Of a DNA stretch of 64,000 nucleotides, positions 12,415-25,700 are shown piece after piece; position 1 is the first letter of the stretch, and every line of letters starts with the position of its first letter. The notes beneath the pieces are model-generated. The model made no database searches, was not told the origin of the DNA, and saw only the letters and a program-made list of their open reading frames with translations. This DNA is from Glycera tridactyla. Lineage: Eukaryota. A program made the translations under genes and the position numbers. Where the stretch lies: assembly GCA_965644265.1 (NCBI GenBank), contig OZ286467.1, positions 84,382,001 to 84,446,000 on the forward strand, given 5' to 3'.

Positions 12415-13805
12415 TAGCAAGCAGCTACCCTTTGCATTATACCGTTATATGATGATAGAGGATTGTTCTTAGTAAAAGTAAAATACAAAGTTTCTCATTA
12501 ACAGAATATTACTATCGATATCAATAGTCGAAAATATATGATGTACAAAGTACTTGGGGGTAGAATTATCATGTCTCGTCTGTTTGCGGATCAGCTCAAT
12601 AAGTCCAACTTGACTTATCAGAGAACACGTGGAGAAACTGTTTGAGCTTAGTTTTGAATTGGTTATATGGCAATAGATTGAGGCCCTCATAATCATTGCT
12701 AAAGCGCTTCCAGAGAGACGCAGCATGCACTGTAAAGGTATTTTCACTGAATTTGTCTTTGTTTCTTTTGAGAATGTTTTCGTATATGATCTCGTTTCAT
12801 GGCTGATTGTTCTTTTGTCTATTGCACAAAATTGTTTCTGGTGCATTTTCATTTAAATTGTTTGTGATGATAAATGATGGGTTTTGCATTCCTCTAACGT
12901 GGCAATTCTGCATGTATTTCATCAGTGCTGTGTCTCATTGGCTAGCAAACCGTGACTTTGAGGGCCAAGTATTGAATATATTGCAGGTTCTGGATTTTTT
13001 TGCTTGTACCATTTTATATAACATCGCAGTGATGGATGTTTTTCGTTTCTGTCAAGTATAGGACATAACACCTGATCTTGTCGATAGTCTTTTTGTGAGT
13101 ATATTGGACATGTTTTTCATACATCTGATGGCTATCTGAATGGAGTCCAAGGTACCTAAATTCGTGCACTATATATATCTTTATTTTTGTGTTTTCAATT
13201 TTGATATTCAGATGTTTACATCGATTCACCTTTGCTCTGGTTCCGAAAATCATCACTTTGGTTTTATTTGCATTCAGCAAAAGGTGGTTTGCCATCAACC
13301 ACTTTAACACTTTAAATAGATTGATAGATAGATTGATAGTCAGTTTAACTTTCAGTTCTTGGGGAACTGAGCTTTTTATGGTGATAGCTGTGTCATCGGC
13401 ATACCATCGGCATGTCATTTAAATAATCCGGTAAGTGAGAGATTGTAAACAGGATTGGGCCAAGTATTGATCCTTGTGGGACTTCACATCATATAGGAAT
13501 CTGATTGGAAATGGTATAATTTGCCTTCGTCATACCTTTTGTCCTATCTTTCAAGACCATATTTGGACAGTTTCGTGGTCTACCATGTGGCAAGCTTTTT
13601 TTTCAAGTCCAGGAAGACCAGCCAGGTGGGCCTCTCTTCATCGATCTCTTTATATATGAAATCTTGACACAGTAGACCCATATGTGTAAAATAATCCAAC
13701 AGCTGAGATTACCTTTACCGGGAAATTATCACCTGGGATGGATAAGCTTATTGGACGATAGTTTGCTGAATCTGCATCTTCCCTTCTTTAAATAGTGACG
13801 TGATT
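12415..13805 (-). mobile_element. Internally deleted LINE RT relic, copy 1
   Basis: ORF 13014-13418 (YADDTAITIKSS...LLLNANKTKVMIFG...FRYLGL). An ANYRPISL-encoding block lies at the right end. Colinear with 14915-16346. Confidence 0.8.
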
Positions 13806-14914
13806 CACAAACCAAAATAAACACATTTACACACTCATATGCATTTATGCAGTCTGAAGGGATCCTGTGATACTCTTGTGAATATGTGCTATGTGAGACA
13901 TATAGCTAACCACTGCCTCATTAGCACATGTTAACCTGATTGTCAGTGAAATCCCATCACCTTGTAGAGAGGATGAATGATGCCGCTGCTTTAGGATCAG
14001 TCACCATTCTAGTCGAGTCTGTGTCATTATAATCTCAGTATAAGTAGAAATTTAGTGATGATTTGAGTGCTTCTCGACTGGGTGCATCTCTTATCTCTTA
14101 TTTCAACCTATTGTCTTGCCATTCATTGCATTCAAATTCTTATTGGTTTACTGTGGGCTTATACCCATTTGACATTATCACTGTCCTAATCTACCGCAGT
14201 ATGATGTCGATCCATTTCATAAATAAGCTAAACATGTACTCATAACCTCATCCCTACCCGCTGATCTGCTCAGGCCTTCCATATGGAAACATCATCTGGT
14301 ATACTGGGACGTACATTTATATTGAGTTATATTGATGTATTATCGCATCCTGTGACCTTCCAGCATGCCAACTGACCATCAGAGCATTGTCAAGCGGAAC
14401 GTCAACCTCTGTCCATGCATAATTGACTCAATGCCCCATGCAATATCGATGCATTTTGATTCAGCTGTATCCAGCAATATTGTCACCTCCATATCGACTA
14501 AATGATTGCGGCCCCGAGAGTATCTGGTTGTCAGATATCGGGCTGTGTAAATGAGAGGAAAATAAAGAAAAAAGAATGTCATCACCTTGTTAAGAATATC
14601 TCCATATTTGACTGAAAAATATTTTATAAGATATCAGAACTCTTTAAAGCATAAGGTACATGGTTATCCAACAATGGATGACGACAGGTGATATCATATG
14701 CTTAGTCTAGATGAAAAACGATTTTAGCCACTCTCCTCTCAGAAATGTAAGTGCAATGAGCCACTCTCCTATAAATGAATTCACTCTCCTGAATGTGTGC
14801 ATATCCAGGAAAGAAATCAATCGTACACTAGACTATTGGGAGAGTAAGATATTTGTGATAGTAAACGCCTCACTGGGAGAGGGAGTTTGGTCTTTTCACT
14901 CTCCTGAAACCTGA

Positions 14915-16346
14915 TTAGAACAGAATAGAATAAACCTTTAGCTTGTAACGATAGGTACAGTTAGGAGGTAGCAGCTACGATGATAAAGGGGTGTTAGTAG
15001 TAACAGCAAAATACAAAGTTCGTTAATAACACAATATCACTATCGATACCAATAGCCGAAAATATATGATGTACGAGGTACTTGATATAATCAGAATAGA
15101 ATGATCATGTCTCGTCTATTTGAGAATCAGTTCAATAGTCCAACTTGATTAATCAGAGTACAAGTAAAGAAACTATTTGAGCTTAGTCTTGACTAGGTCA
15201 TATGGCAATAGGTTAAGATCCTCATTGTCATTTCTAAAGCGGTTCAAGAGAGACGCAGCATGCACTGTAAAGTCATTTTCACTAAATTTGGTTTTGTCTT
15301 TGTTTTTTTTGAAAATGTTTTCGTATATGCTCTCGTTTCGTGGCCAATTGTTCTTTCGTTTATTGTATAAAATTGTTTTTGTTGGTCTGGTGCATTTTCA
15401 TTTCAATAGTTTGTAATAATAGATAATAGATTTTGCATTCCTCTTACGTGGGCAATTCTGCATGCATATCATCATCCCTGCGTCTCTTTGGCTAGCAAAC
15501 CGTGACTTTGAGGGCCAAGTATTGAATATATTGCAGGTTCTGTTTTTTGTTGTTGATTGTACCATTGTATATAACATCGCAGTAATAGATATTTTTTGTT
15601 TCTGTCGAGTATGGGACATAACCTACCTGATCTTGCCGATAGTCTCTTTGTGGGTATATTGGACATGTTTTTCATACGTCTGATGGCTATCTGAATGAAG
15701 TCCAAGGTACCTAAATTCGTGCATTATCTTTATTTTTGTGTTTTCAATTTTGATATTCAGGTGTTTACATCGATTCACCTTTGCTCTGGTTCTGAAAATC
15801 CTTACTTTGGTTTTATTTGCATTCAGCAAAAGGTGGTTTGCCTCCAACCACTTTGACACTCTGAATAGATTGATAGTCAGTTTAACTTTCAGTTCTTGGG
15901 GATCTGAACTTTTTATGGTGATAGCTGTGTCATTGGCATACCATTGTGTCATTCAAATAATCCGGTAAGTAAGAGATTATAAACAGGATTGGGCAAAGTA
16001 TTGATCCTTGTGGGACTCCACATATCATTTGCCTTGTTCATATACAGGCCCTATCTTTCAAGTAACTGCTGAACCATTCAACAGACAGAATATTGAAAAC
16101 ATAGTTGGACAGTTTCGGTGGTCTACCATGTTGCAAGCTTTTTTCCAAGCCCAGGAAGACCACCCAAGTGGACCTCTCTACATCGATTCCTTAATATATG
16201 AAATCTCGACACAGTAGACCCATACATGTAAAATAATCTAACAGCTGAGATTACCTTTACCAGGAAATTATCACCTGAGATGGATAAGCTTATTGGATGA
16301 TAGTTTGCTGAATCTGCATCTTCCCTTCTTTAAATAGTGGCGTGAT
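14915..16346 (-). mobile_element. Internally deleted LINE RT relic, copy 2, with 3' tail
   Basis: ORF 15623-15952 (YANDTAITIKSS...FRYLGL). Same right-hand breakpoint as copy 1 (CCCTTCTTTAAATAGTG.CGTGATT). Tail at 14915-14940 reads TAAAGGTTTATTCTATTCTGTTCTAAT on the minus strand; a similar tail occurs at ~6052-6100. Confidence 0.8.
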
Positions 16347-17450
16347 TGTGGCAAATTTCAACTTTTTTTAGAAATTTCCAGTTTTGATGCTTGAACTTAC
16401 AATGATCGTATGCAGTTGGCATGATGTTGGTGCGATACCTTTCATAATTTATCCATCCCAGGTTTGTTTGGATTCATCTTGTCAAAAATATTTTGGAGAG
16501 TAAGAATGTCTACTTCTGAGAGGAAAAAGGTGTAGGTAATCCAATCATAGGCTCAGGTTCAAGGTCCAAAATTTTCATTTTCTGTAGAGGAGATTCTTCA
16601 ACTTTCCTAATGAAATGAATTTAATTCTTCCACAATTTCGACATCTTCTGTCTTTCGATTTATACTTTGATTTTGGTTCTCCCTTTGTTTGCTGGCCTCA
16701 ATTTCCTGATAGTTTTCCATGGGTTATTTGGATGGTTTCGGTTTTCATTCAGTTTCGATTTCAAATAAGTTCCTCGCAGATGTGTTTCAAGCATCCTATT
16801 GAATTTCGTATTCCGGTCGTAGTTTTGCGGTTGTAGTTGTCTGGTTTGATATCATTGGCCATCGTGTCATGTCCGGCAGCAAAACCGGTTATGTGACAAT
16901 GCAGCATTGCTTTTTGATTCCATTGAAATGGTATATAGGAACGAGCATTTTTAAATCTCAAATCCACACAATTCTATCACTCACGCACACTCCATACACC
17001 AATTTATATTCACCAAGCACTGAAATGGAGTTTATAAAAACGATCAGTACGACAAGAGCGTCATGGCGCACATTGCATAACTTGCTGTCGGTAACAGTCC
17101 AAACCAAACACACATGCCGGGTTAAAGTTATGTGCAGAGACACTCAACACAAATCGCCTCTGATCCCTGCCGATCTCCCTCCTCGTCTAATGACATAGTG
17201 CCACTTTTCCTTCAAGGACTATGAAGAAGTGGGGCATATCATCATGACCAGTGATATTATTTGCTGCCTCCGGTCAGTTGAGGTGAACACAGGAAAACTG
17301 GCCGAACATGATAAAACCAAGATCGAATGTAGATTGAATAGAACTATTTTCAGTTGATGATCACACCCGCGGATCTCAAGAGGCCCTAATCATGTGAATA
17401 TGAAGGACGTATTATGTATCAGCAATGACATGGTTTGAATGAGCTGTGTA

Positions 17451-18330
17451 GTTCAATTCAGTTCAATTCAATTCAATAAACTTTATTCACTTTCGTTAGT
17501 AAACATATATACAATGCGCAGTTATCCTAATGTATTTATACAGCACACACGAGAAACAAAAACATTAGAAACAGGGCAGAACATATTTACAGACTATATA
17601 CAAAACATGACAACTTTTCCAGGAGGCATTCAAACACTTCATATCCTAAATAAATAAACACTTACACACTCAATCATGCACTTAGTCCTATCCTAAAATG
17701 AAAAAAAACTATCATACACATATTTAGTGACATTCATACTAATTATCACGTTGGTACCTTATAGTGTTATTTTTGCTTCACATCAGAGAATTGGGTGAGA
17801 AGATTGGGCGATGCTCATTTGATGGGCATTTATGAGGAGACCAGGGAGCATGGTCCTTAGCTGATCTGGTGCATAATAGAGATATGATTTGGAGAGACGG
17901 AGAAGAGAGAGACTTCTGTTACTATAATAACGGATCATGTCATAACCTAACTGTGAATCCTTGGCTAACTAGGTTATACTCCCAAGTTCCCAGGGTTTTC
18001 GATGCTGTGTCATGGAACGTTTGAATGCTCAAGACTTAGTGTATGCCATAGTATAGCACCTCTGATAGCAAAATTACTTCGGGTTTTAAAGGGTCTTGGC
18101 CACTCTCAGGGGTGCTTCTCGGAAATCAATAGGTGATGTGCGAACATTGAACATGATGTGTGTCAAACGTGACAAATATGAAGGATTTAATGAGAAAATT
18201 GATGATTTCTAGCCCAAACCGGCCATTTTTCGCAACATCGACAGAGCGCCCATTGTGCCGATGGCATTCGCGTCTACGTCAGCACAGGATCCATGGAGCC
18301 AGTTCACCATACATGGATTCGACAAAATTC
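17451..18330 (-). mobile_element. 3' remnant of a decayed LINE
   Basis: Minus strand at 17451-17487 reads AATAAAGTTTATTGAATTGAATTGAACTGAATTGAAC. Upstream, a broken frame gives RSNFAIRGAILWHTL, resembling the LINE C-terminal RSF.YRGA.LWN.LP motif. The right boundary is uncertain. Confidence 0.55.
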
Positions 18331-19326
18331 AGACTATTGATTGATCGTGTGTGTGTGTGTGAGTGTGTGTGTGTGGTGGGGCAATCAAGCACAATGAGGT
18401 GATGCTATCTTTCCCGCCAGTTGAATGCAAACAAAGGGGACTCTTAATCCTATCACGCAAGAGCCTCGTAACAGCCTCGGCAGGCAAGTTCAAATGCACT
18501 GTTTGGCTCGCTCTGCTCGAATCAAATATAAACAAAATGCCAGAACATCAGACTGACACTTCACTAAGCATGAATCCATGTCAAGTAGAAAGACTGCCTG
18601 GACATTGGTACCAGCTAGAGCTAAACACTGCTGAACAGAGGTGGTCATTCTGGTGTATTTCTGGTGAATTCATGGGAGAAGCTGAGCTTGTCACGAACTC
18701 AACTCGCTGGTTGCAGTGTAGGAGTGAGCACTTTCAAAATCAGCCACTAGATGGTGATGAGAGTGATGTTGCAGATTATCCATAGATGGCAGTCTGGAAC
18801 TCCTCATTTTGCCACTGAGCATGGTGCTCCGACTGACTAAACACTGTGATTAATGACTAGATGTTACTGGCATGGATATCATTCTCTTCTTTCACACATC
18901 ATATCTCATCGTAAAAGTCTCTTGAAATAACAGGTACTAAAGTGAATTATGAAGGACAAATATCATTTGATAAAGTGTTGGTGAGGGTTATATGCTGCAT
19001 TGTGAATTTTAGGGATCTCTCTGATGGTGGTGTGAAGCATATGCACCCTGCAGGGTATCGATATTCAGTGTTTATCCTGCTCACAAACCAGACACAACCC
19101 TGTTTTTTAATGCCAAATTAGACTTGAGTTGAATCTATTTCATGGATAGCATGACTGGAAAAGTCCATTAAACACTATGGTGATTATCTGCGAGGTAATT
19201 TCATTGAGCAGGATCATATATTCAACAGATATATGGTATGATATTCTATTACAATACACTGTGTTTAGCGGAAAAACAAAGTATTTTTCTCATTAAACAC
19301 TAGTTAGACACTTCGTTTTTACAGTG

Positions 19327-19950
19327 TAGACTTCACCACTCACAGAATCGACCATTAGACTTCACCACTCACAGAATCGTCATAGACTTCACCACTCACA
19401 GAATCGGCCATAGACTTCATCACTCACAGAATCAACCATTAGACTTCACCACTCACAGAATCGACCATTAGACTTCACCATTCACAGAATCGGCCCTAGA
19501 CTTCACCACTCACAGAATCGGCCGTAGACTTCATCACTCACAGAATCGACCATTAGACTTCACCACTCACAGAATCGGCCATAGACTTCACCACTCACAG
19601 AATCGGCCCTAGACTTCACCACTTACAGAATCGACTATAGACTTCACCACTCACAGAATCGGCCATAGACTTCACCACTCACAGAATCGGCCATAGACTT
19701 CACCTCTCACAGAATCGGCCCTAGACTTCACCACTTACAGAATCGACCATTAGACTTCACCACTCACAGAATCGGCTATAGACTTCACCACTCACAGAAT
19801 CGGCCATAGACTTCACCACTCACAGAATCGGCCATAGACTTCACCACTCACAGAATCGGCTATAGACTTCACCACTCACAGAATCGGCTATAGACTTCAC
19901 CACTCACAGAATCGGCTATAGACTTCACCATTCACAGAATCGGCCATAAA
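19327..19950. repeat. Minisatellite, ~28-bp unit (TAGACTTCACCACTCACAGAATCGGCCA), ~22 copies
   Basis: Head-to-tail units of 27-29 bp with no unique spacers. Confidence 0.97.
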
Positions 19951-21788
19951 CTTCGGTTTCTCCATCGCTGACTTTCCAACCAGTCATCACTGTATCCATA
20001 TGCTCATCTGTCATCGGAGATAGACCTTCATCATAGAAATACCTAGTGATAGGGCTAGAAAAAGCATCTGTGCATACATTTCTGTGATATGAGTAGAATG
20101 CATTGAGAATGAGTAGAATGTATCATTCACTTGGTCATTCTGAGATGGACTCTCGAGAGGCCCTGAAAATGAAAATTGAATGAGACCACCTCCACTGAGC
20201 AGGACATTATTTGAAAGAGCCTCGTGATAAGATCATCGACAGAGGATGATACGTGTTTTAAATTGCTCAAATTGCTTAAATTGCCCATTTAAGCAATATC
20301 CAGGATAGGTAGAATCATTCACACACCTCTAACTAGATTCATGTACTACTAAAATCATTGCAAATGATTGAAATTTGATGACAATCGTCGAATAGCAGTA
20401 TTTGGGCAAAGAGTTGATTCGATGATTGCGGCAAAAGAGAATTTGCTTCCGCATATGCTTCAGGAAGCTCATGAGTTAAAGTGGCTTACAGCATCAGTGG
20501 GAGTTATTTTGTTACAGGGTTGGTAAGTATAGATGGCAGCATGGACAGTTTATGTTTGGTTTTGTTTAACATGGTGTATATGGAGGAACAGTGGAATAGG
20601 ATGCAAACTCTAATCTGAACAGCAGATTCCCATACAAACTTCCTCCCATCTCAGTTGACGAGAATACATTTCCCAAACGACAGAATCGTTCGCATTCCAG
20701 AATCAATGTTTCCATGATGTTGGTTGATAATAGAAATGATCTTCCCGAAAGTTTTGATGGTTGAAACAGAATATTGAGACAGTGGACATTTAACCTAGGA
20801 CAAAAAATGAGTGACATGACGAGAAAGGGAAGTTTTCGAACTCGTGAAGAATTGATTGGCTGATGCATTACAAGCCAATACACCCCTGTGTTGCTGAAGG
20901 TGGCAAAACCAGTCACATAGAACCTCGACATACAAATCTAATCGGAATATTCTTCTCACTCTTGTAGGAAAGTGCGAGGACTATATTTCCCCCATCTAGC
21001 TGTAGCCAGTAAAATATATCGACCTGCTTACTGAGCAAATATGTCCCTATCATTGTATTGCTACTGGTATACAAAATAATTTGTTCTGTACCTAGACACC
21101 CAATGTATGACCATGCTGTGTTGAATAGTTGATCTATGCAGGGCTATGAATTATCAATGCCTTTCGATCCAGCCGATGTCAGCAGCAAATACCATAACAT
21201 TTTTATCGACACATCTATATTGTCCGAATGATCACGACTGTCAACTCATTGTCCTGATATTTCAATATTCAGTCAGCTAACGTTCTGTCAATATTTGGTC
21301 AAGTTTTTTTTCTGTGCGATGTAGGTCATAACATATGTTGAGAATGAGGTTGTGACCTTTTTATTTTGAGGCAAGATCACACATAAATGATCACACATCC
21401 ATTGAGAGGTCAATCCTCAGAAGGCAAATATGAAACCCGATAGGGTCATGTGTGTATTGGATGAATTGCAATATACAGAGGATTTGATGACATGGTAGTC
21501 CACCCCCAACTCGAAGTAGTCTGACCATTCATTGAAAAGCACTTGTGATTAATTTCATCAAATGTATCTTCTCTTGTAGTGAGCATGAGCGAAGCAGATG
21601 CCACCTACTTCTATCATTTACAATCACCCCCACCCCCTCTTAGCACACGCAAACACAGAGTTCATGGTACTTGCCACTGGTCAGTTGGAACATTGTTGGC
21701 CAATTCATACCCCACACCGATCAACTTTATTGTGAAAGGCTCTTGTTGATGGTTTATTAGAGCGAACCATCCATGAAACCAAAAGGAG

Positions 21789-21971
21789 NNNNNNNNNNNN
21801 NNNNNNNNNNNNNNNNNNNNNNNNNNNNNNNNNNNNNNNNNNNNNNNNNNNNNNNNNNNNNNNNNNNNNNNNNNNNNNNNNNNNNNNNNNNNNNNNNNNN
21901 NNNNNNNNNNNNNNNNNNNNNNNNNNNNNNNNNNNNNNNNNNNNNNNNNNNNNNNNNNNNNNNNNNNNNNN
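21789..21971. other. Assembly gap (183 N), ~480 bp upstream of the lectin gene A start codon
   Basis: Run of N. It could hide a 5' non-coding exon or promoter of gene A. Confidence 1.
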
Positions 21972-22452
21972 AATTCGGATGTTGGCTGTCTAAACATTTT
22001 GGCGAGAATGGTCATTGATTATGTTTATGTGCAGTAGCGGGTGACATTACATGCAATGGTCCCTAGCGACCAAACATCCCTGGACAACATGTAGTTGATG
22101 AAAAATTAATTGCTCGATCGGTCATATACTTGGCGCCATTCCCACAGCAAGAGCAACACATTTAGGTCAGTAGATTGTTAGTCTCTCACCAATATTTCCG
22201 TGCTATAGGCCGACACCTGAGTATAGACCATGGTTGGAATGATCCAAGAATCTGTCTCCAGAGCCTCTGATGGAAAGTGGAAATAAAGGAGATTTGCAGA
22301 TATTCAGTGTGACCTTCCAGACATTTAGAAAAACGAAGCATCTGTAAATTCCAGTGAATTATTCTCGTATGGGTGTGTTTTTTCTTCCAGATGATACCAT
22401 AGCCACCTGACTCTCAGATTCCAAGATAACTTGCTGATTGGATTGATCAACC

Positions 22453-22780
22453 ATGATGAAGGCGCTATATCTTGATGACCATCAAAGCCATTGTCCTAAA
22501 TCGTGGCTGATATGTTTGATCATCCTTATATTTGGATATGCGGATGCGCATAGCAAGTACTACGATATTGCGGCTAGCACCACTTTGGATATTGAAGGAT
22601 GTCTCATGATGGGCGAAGGACCTCTGAGTCAATTGGAATGTGCATTACTTTGTTTCAATGAACCTGGCTGCGTGGCATTCTCTTTGACTGATGTATGCAG
22701 TGTCTGTTGGAGTGGATTGACTGCCCAGTTAGCACCACAGACACCTACTATAAGTCCAGCTGAAAGTGTGTATGCATCAG
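22453..22780 (+). CDS. PAN/Apple-CTLD lectin gene A, coding exon 1 (signal peptide + PAN-like domain)
   Basis: CAACC-ATG start, hydrophobic WLICLIILIFGYADA signal, and C...CxxxC..GCVAF...C..C pattern. Phase-1 donor G|GTGGGT at 22780/22781. Homologous to 50580-50895 and 56118-56432. Confidence 0.88.
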
Positions 22781-25700
22781 GTGGGTGTCCCAAAAACTGC
22801 TGATATCGATAATTCTTCCACTAAGCACATGTATAGGTTTTGCTGCATAGCATTTTAGAGTGTATAACCTGATCTGCCGAGGTCTGCACTAGTAGTGGAA
22901 CATGGATTAATTGTCAGACACTCCCAATAATAACCAAGCCCCCAAGCCTTGTAGTTCCATCTCTCTTGCCATGTAGTAGATGAAGAAAGCACTGATGGAT
23001 GAGTTTCAGCTATCAATTCACTGGCAAGACTCTGTCAGAAATAAATTGATTTATGCAGTATGTTTGTTCATGAACCAAGTAGAAAATACGAATTGAATAC
23101 ATTAGAATACGTTCATTCCAGATTGTCTGAATGCTGATCGTTGAGAGAATTAATTACCTTGCAAACTCGATTGGAAAGGTCCAATTCTCATCGAAATCGC
23201 TCATTGCTTTTTTTCATGAATACTACTAGCCTTCTGAACAGAATGATCCACCATAATGCATATCGTGAAAGATATAGCTTGAAAGGGTACCTTCACTGAG
23301 ACTGTCTATGTCTTCTGTTGGTTAGTCATGATGGTGACCATACAAAATGATTGGTCGAAATCAAGAAACTCCGGACTTTGTCCTTATATCAAACATCAAT
23401 TTAGGCATTTGCTATCATTAAGACGATTTCGAAAAATCTGAACTCTTTGAATAATATTTTTCCAAAGTAGGTCCATCACTGAATGTTTGCTAACAGAATA
23501 CACGTGTGCTCGACTATGGAGGGGCCTTGATTCACTGAGTGGTGGAACTCAACAAACCTGCTACTTTGTGACCCGATAAAATCATTAGAAATGATCGGAT
23601 CATTCTGAAAATTTGAGACGATATTAATGCAAAGATTGGCTAAAAGTGTGTCAAGGCGCAATAAGTCTTATTCTGGATAATTGATGTTTGAATTCCTTTG
23701 TGATGTCGACTGAATGCCCTTGGACCGGGGTTTGATGTTTCATTTCAATCATCATATCCTTTGGACCATGATGAAACATGATATGTGACAGAAATGTTGC
23801 GTAGACTCCTAGTAATGATGCAAAGACTGCCAAGAATGATGCGTAGACTTCCGATAATGATGCGAATTTGATGCGGACGTAAAACGGCACAGAAGGATGC
23901 CAGCGGACACAATGCCCATGTAATTCTTCGAAAAATAGAAAGTGCTTGAAACCGGTCATCCGAAAAGTATATGATGGGTATCTTCCAAATCTTCAAGACG
24001 AATAGATCATGTGGCTAAAAGCTAATTCCAATTTCAAAAATCTATCCAACAAGTGCTGGTGACAGTATAGAGACTAACCAGGCTTTTATCTCATAAACTA
24101 ATGCATGGTACTGTCCCAATGGATCAAGTTGTATCAAGTTTCATTAGTGTAGCAGTGGGAGAATGGCGTGATCAGACATTATTCTCTCTGATCCCCCCCC
24201 CCCCCTAGGATAGCAGATTCATTGCTTATGTGATTCAATATAAGTGCTGGAAGTGATTGAGAGTCAGAATTGTTCAAAATCGATTTTCCTTTGATATGAA
24301 TACTCAAAGTACAATCACGGATCAAACATCTCAAAGCGGTCACTCATTAAAGGTTGGTCTTAGTACGTAGGTCTTTGATTTGTAAGCTTAAGGATAATCC
24401 ATGCTTAGTATAAACATTGCTTAGGATGAGAATAAGGCTTCTCAGAGTGGACCTTCTCTGAAGAATCAAATTCCAAGCCAACTACATCTCTTTACAAGCA
24501 GTCCTTCAACAAAACAAATCGGGCCTACGTTTGTTTTCCGCTCACCTGTTTCCATACAAACAAGAGCACTGTTTTGTAAATGATATCATACAGCTTTTCA
24601 GGTTGAAATAGTTTCAGAATAGGTGAATTTCAAGCATATTTGGTCGATTCACTTATCGATTAATTGATCTGCTGATCGCCCCAGGATTTCGCCCCAATCA
24701 AGCTCTATTTGTAGTGAAACTAAGAATAAACCTTTCCAAACAACCCATATCATTGAGAATATGAATATTTCGTCCTGTCAATTTCAGCTCAGCGAATGTG
24801 GACTAGGTCAAGCTGCTGAGAGCAAAATACCTACAATTTATGATGAACTTCACAACTGTTTCAGTCTGTATTTCAACTGAATGGGATATTTCTTTCAACA
24901 AAAACATTTGACTCTAAATTGACATGACATGATTTGAATGTTGAATGATTCAAATCATCAAATCACACAGAAATTTTAGCTTTTTCACACAATAACATGA
25001 GAAACAATTGGGTGCTATTCTGAGATGGCAGGTCGTTCATACACCACTCTCCTCTCACCCAATGAATGCCTTGAGTTCGAGCGAACACTACCTAGCCTTG
25101 TACCACTGATACTGGCGTACTGCTTCCGGGGAACAATCCGGGAGGAACCCGGCCCAGTTCCTCGCTGTTTCACTAGTTTCAATTAGTTCCACGGAACAGC
25201 ACAGGAAATTCAAAGCACATTGGAATATGGGGACGCACATAAATAATATCAGAAAGCAATCTGAATTTACAGGAATCAGAGAAATTTTGGGAGCAATGAT
25301 TTTAGTATCCAAAAAGAATAGAATTTTTATCTGACCAAGTACACTTCTTCGTTACAAAACAATGAAATTCCGGTGACATGATACAGCATGGATCTAAAAT
25401 GGCCATTAGGAGCAAGTGTGCCAGAAGCTCTTAAAATACATCCCAAATATTCCAAATAAATCTCACTGTAAATATATGAACTTACTTTGTTGCTGAGATT
25501 CAGGGCCCAACATAGGATCCTGGAAGCAAGGTAGAATTCTCAATCCCTGAGTCCAACTCTCAGTTCGATGCACACTCTTCATGACAGAATCTTCAAGTGC
25601 CAGAATTTCGGAGCACAACGCGTTTATGTAAACAAGCAAGGCCCATGCCGGATTATGTCCCTCAAGCTCACTTAAAAAACATACAACGGCTCTAATGAAT

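Noticed and set aside
19327-19950. CRISPR-like appearance of the 28-bp array (and of the 41-bp array at 52391-52801)
   Set aside because: Units are directly adjacent with no unique spacers, there are no cas genes, and the context is eukaryotic.
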